This document shows positions 48,309 to 50,454 of a DNA stretch of 50,454 nucleotides, piece by piece. The translations under genes were made by a program, and so were the position numbers. The first letter of the stretch is position 1. Each line of letters begins with the position of its first letter. Below the pieces are notes generated by a model. It saw only the letters and a program-made list of their open reading frames with translations, searched no databases and was not told the origin of the DNA. The DNA comes from Spirulina sp. (lineage in GTDB: Bacteria; Cyanobacteriota; Cyanobacteriia; Cyanobacteriales; Spirulinaceae), in the NCBI GenBank assembly GCA_011390265.1, contig JAABSU010000001.1, positions 1 through 50,454 on the forward strand. The letters run 5' to 3'.

Positions 48309-49454
48309 ATGGGGCGTAGGAAACGGTGGCAAACTTGGCTCGAATCGCGCTGGGTCTCCCCTGCCTTTGGGGGTGGGGTGTTGCTGGCCATTGGGATCTG
48401 CTTTTTTGGGGCAGCGACAAACACGATGGCGGGCTGGCTCTATGTGATTAGTGGCTTGATGTTTGCCCTTTTGGCGTTGGGGGCGATTTTACCGGGGCGA
48501 TCGCTCCGGGATTTAAAAGTGGAACGGCAGCAGATCCCCCCGGTGAGTGTGGGGGATCTGTTGCGCATTGAGGTGAAGATCACGAATCCAACCCCAAAGC
48601 CTAAACTGTGGCTGCAATATCTGGAGGCTATCCCTCCGACTCTGGGAACACCAAAACCCATGGGGATTGAGATCATCCCCCCCCAAAAGACCTACAACGC
48701 CACAAGCCACTACCGAGCCACCCGTCGGGGGGTGTACCGTTGGCCGGGGCTGTTTGTCCGTACCGCTAGCCCCTTGGGATTGTTTTGGTGTCGGCGGTGG
48801 CGATCGCTCCCTGCCCAGGCGATCGTTTATCCGCAAATTCTGCCCCTGCGTCGCTGTCCCCTCATCGACAGCCTCCACCACGATGAACAGGTGCAATGGC
48901 AGCGGGAACACCGCTACGAAGCCGCCACAGAAGGGATCACCAAAGCCCTCCGCCCTTACCGCTTTGGCGATCCCACCCGCTTAATCCATTGGCGCACCAG
49001 TGCCCGCTTTGGCATGTTGCAGGTTCGGGAGTTGGAAATTCTCACCAGTGGTCGGGAAATGATTATCGCTCTGGATACGGCGGCCCCCTGGTTACCGGAT
49101 CAGTTTGAAGCGGCGGTGACGGCGGCCGCTTCCCTCTATTTCTATGCGAGCCGTGCTCAGTTGGGGGTGAGTCTCTGGACTGCCACTACAGGAGCCGTCC
49201 AGGGGAATCGGGTGGTATTGGAAACCTTGGCCGCTACAGAATGTGCCGAAACTGCCACCCATGAGCCGCCGCGCCGTACCCCGCTCCTGTGGCTGACGGC
49301 TAACCCTCAGCCGAATAGCCAATTGCCCCAGGGCAGTTTAACGCTGCTGTTTGTGCCACCGGGAGTAACGGCAAGGGCAGGGGAGGCACAGCTTTTGATT
49401 CGGGGCGATCGCCCCCTCACCGAAGAACTGAGCCAATCCCTGCCCCGTGGTTAG
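48309..49454 (+). CDS. DUF58 domain-containing protein
   Basis: Two N-terminal TM helices, RRGVY, SPLGLF and [20 protein letters not shown]. Confidence 0.92.
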   Translation: MGRRKRWQTWLESRWVSPAFGGGVLLAIGICFFGAATNTMAGWLYVISGLMFALLALGAILPGRSLRDLKVERQQIPPVSVGDLLRIEVKITNPTPKPKLWLQYLEAIPPTLGTPKPMGIEIIPPQKTYNATSHYRATRRGVYRWPGLFVRTASPLGLFWCRRWRSLPAQAIVYPQILPLRRCPLIDSLHHDEQVQWQREHRYEAATEGITKALRPYRFGDPTRLIHWRTSARFGMLQVRELEILTSGREMIIALDTAAPWLPDQFEAAVTAAASLYFYASRAQLGVSLWTATTGAVQGNRVVLETLAATECAETATHEPPRRTPLLWLTANPQPNSQLPQGSLTLLFVPPGVTARAGEAQLLIRGDRPLTEELSQSLPRG

Positions 49455-50454
49455 GATTCGGGGGTAGCGTGACGCTCTAGGGCTAACTGCACCAGTTGAT
49501 CCACCAGTTCGGGGAATGTGATCCCCGTTTTTGCCCACAGTTGCGGGTACATACTCAGGGACGTAAATCCCGGCAACGTGTTGATCTCATTAATAAAGAT
49601 TTCCCCGGTGGCTTCCACATAGAAAAAATCCACCCGCGATAACCCTGCTCCATCCACCGCCAGGAGTGCATCAATGGCCATGGCTTGAATTTTAGCCACC
49701 ACTTCCGGCGGCAGGGGGGCAGGCATCAACAGATTAGCGCGGCCATCGGTGTATTTGGTTTCGTAATCATAGAATTCTCCATCAAAGGTGATTTCCCCCA
49801 CAATCGAGGCCTTGGGGTTCTCATTGCCTAACACCGCACATTCCACCTCCCGCGCCACAACCCCCGCCTCGACGATAATGCGGCGATCGTACCCTGCGGC
49901 CTGATCCAAAGCTGCTTCTAACTCGCTGCGGCTTTTCACCTTGGCAATCCCCACCGAAGACCCCAAGTTTGCCGGTTTGACAAACATCGGGTAATCCAAT
50001 TGGGCCTCAATATCATCGCAGAGCTTGGGAAACACACAGGGATTTGACCAGATTTGCGATCGCAACACCCCCACATACTTCACCTGGGGCAAACCCGCCA
50101 CCGCAAAAGCCGTCTTCATCGCCAGCTTATCCATCCCCATCGCCGAACCCAGCACTCCACTCCCCACATAGGGAACCTGCATCAACTGCAACAACCCTTG
50201 CATCGAGCCATCCTCCCCATTGGGGCCATGGAGAATGGGGAACCACACATCAACACTGGCCGCTTCGGGGGGAAATTGCCAACGGGGTTTTTCTGAGGCG
50301 TTGGCTAAATCCATCTCATCCAAGGTTTCCCCCTGCAAAACCGCCGCCGCCACCTCTGGCCCGCACCAGATCCCATTCTTCTGAATATAGAAGGGGGTGA
50401 CTTGGTATTTCTCGCCGTTGCTATCGGTATTGAGACCTTGGGCGATCGCCCGCG
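49451..50454 (-). CDS. ddl: D-alanine--D-alanine ligase, 5'-truncated by the window edge
   Basis: [31 protein letters not shown] and [10 protein letters not shown]. Frame stays open to the window end (RAIAQGL...PFYIQKNG). Confidence 0.97.
   Translation of the reverse strand, partial: RAIAQGLNTDSNGEKYQVTPFYIQKNGIWCGPEVAAAVLQGETLDEMDLANASEKPRWQFPPEAASVDVWFPILHGPNGEDGSMQGLLQLMQVPYVGSGVLGSAMGMDKLAMKTAFAVAGLPQVKYVGVLRSQIWSNPCVFPKLCDDIEAQLDYPMFVKPANLGSSVGIAKVKSRSELEAALDQAAGYDRRIIVEAGVVAREVECAVLGNENPKASIVGEITFDGEFYDYETKYTDGRANLLMPAPLPPEVVAKIQAMAIDALLAVDGAGLSRVDFFYVEATGEIFINEINTLPGFTSLSMYPQLWAKTGITFPELVDQLVQLALERHATPES

Overview
This 50-kb window is mostly core genome from a filamentous cyanobacterium. 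The evidence is abundant HIP1 GCGATCGC, psbQ, nblB, ycf37, pex, clpR/clpP, and fraC/fraD septal-junction genes; it looks Oscillatoriales/Spirulinales-like, which is an inference. Housekeeping genes include nth, rseP, alaS, dapB, miaE, ssb, mreBCD, mtnP, gyrB and ddl. Accessory genes include a TPS/CHAT protein, a GmrSD-type DUF262-DUF1524 nuclease coupled to a Uma2 nuclease, a P450, a GT4 plus methyltransferase pair and a lone dihydropyrimidinase. No rRNA, tRNA, CRISPR array or intact transposase was seen. The most unusual signals are mostly non-coding. (1) A 24-nt mini-element sits at the same position inside a GTAG-type REP palindrome in three places, and matching empty sites occur in the same window. 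(2) A decayed tnpB 3' end with an apparently intact IS200/IS605 right end and omegaRNA-like scaffold lies between mreB and mreC, and its would-be guide covers the mreC ribosome-binding region. (3) A cyanobacterial protein is fused to two acidic Tudor-knot/chromo-barrel repeats. (4) A 65-aa membrane microprotein lies behind a candidate NtcA promoter. All family calls come from motif recognition by eye; no database searches were run.
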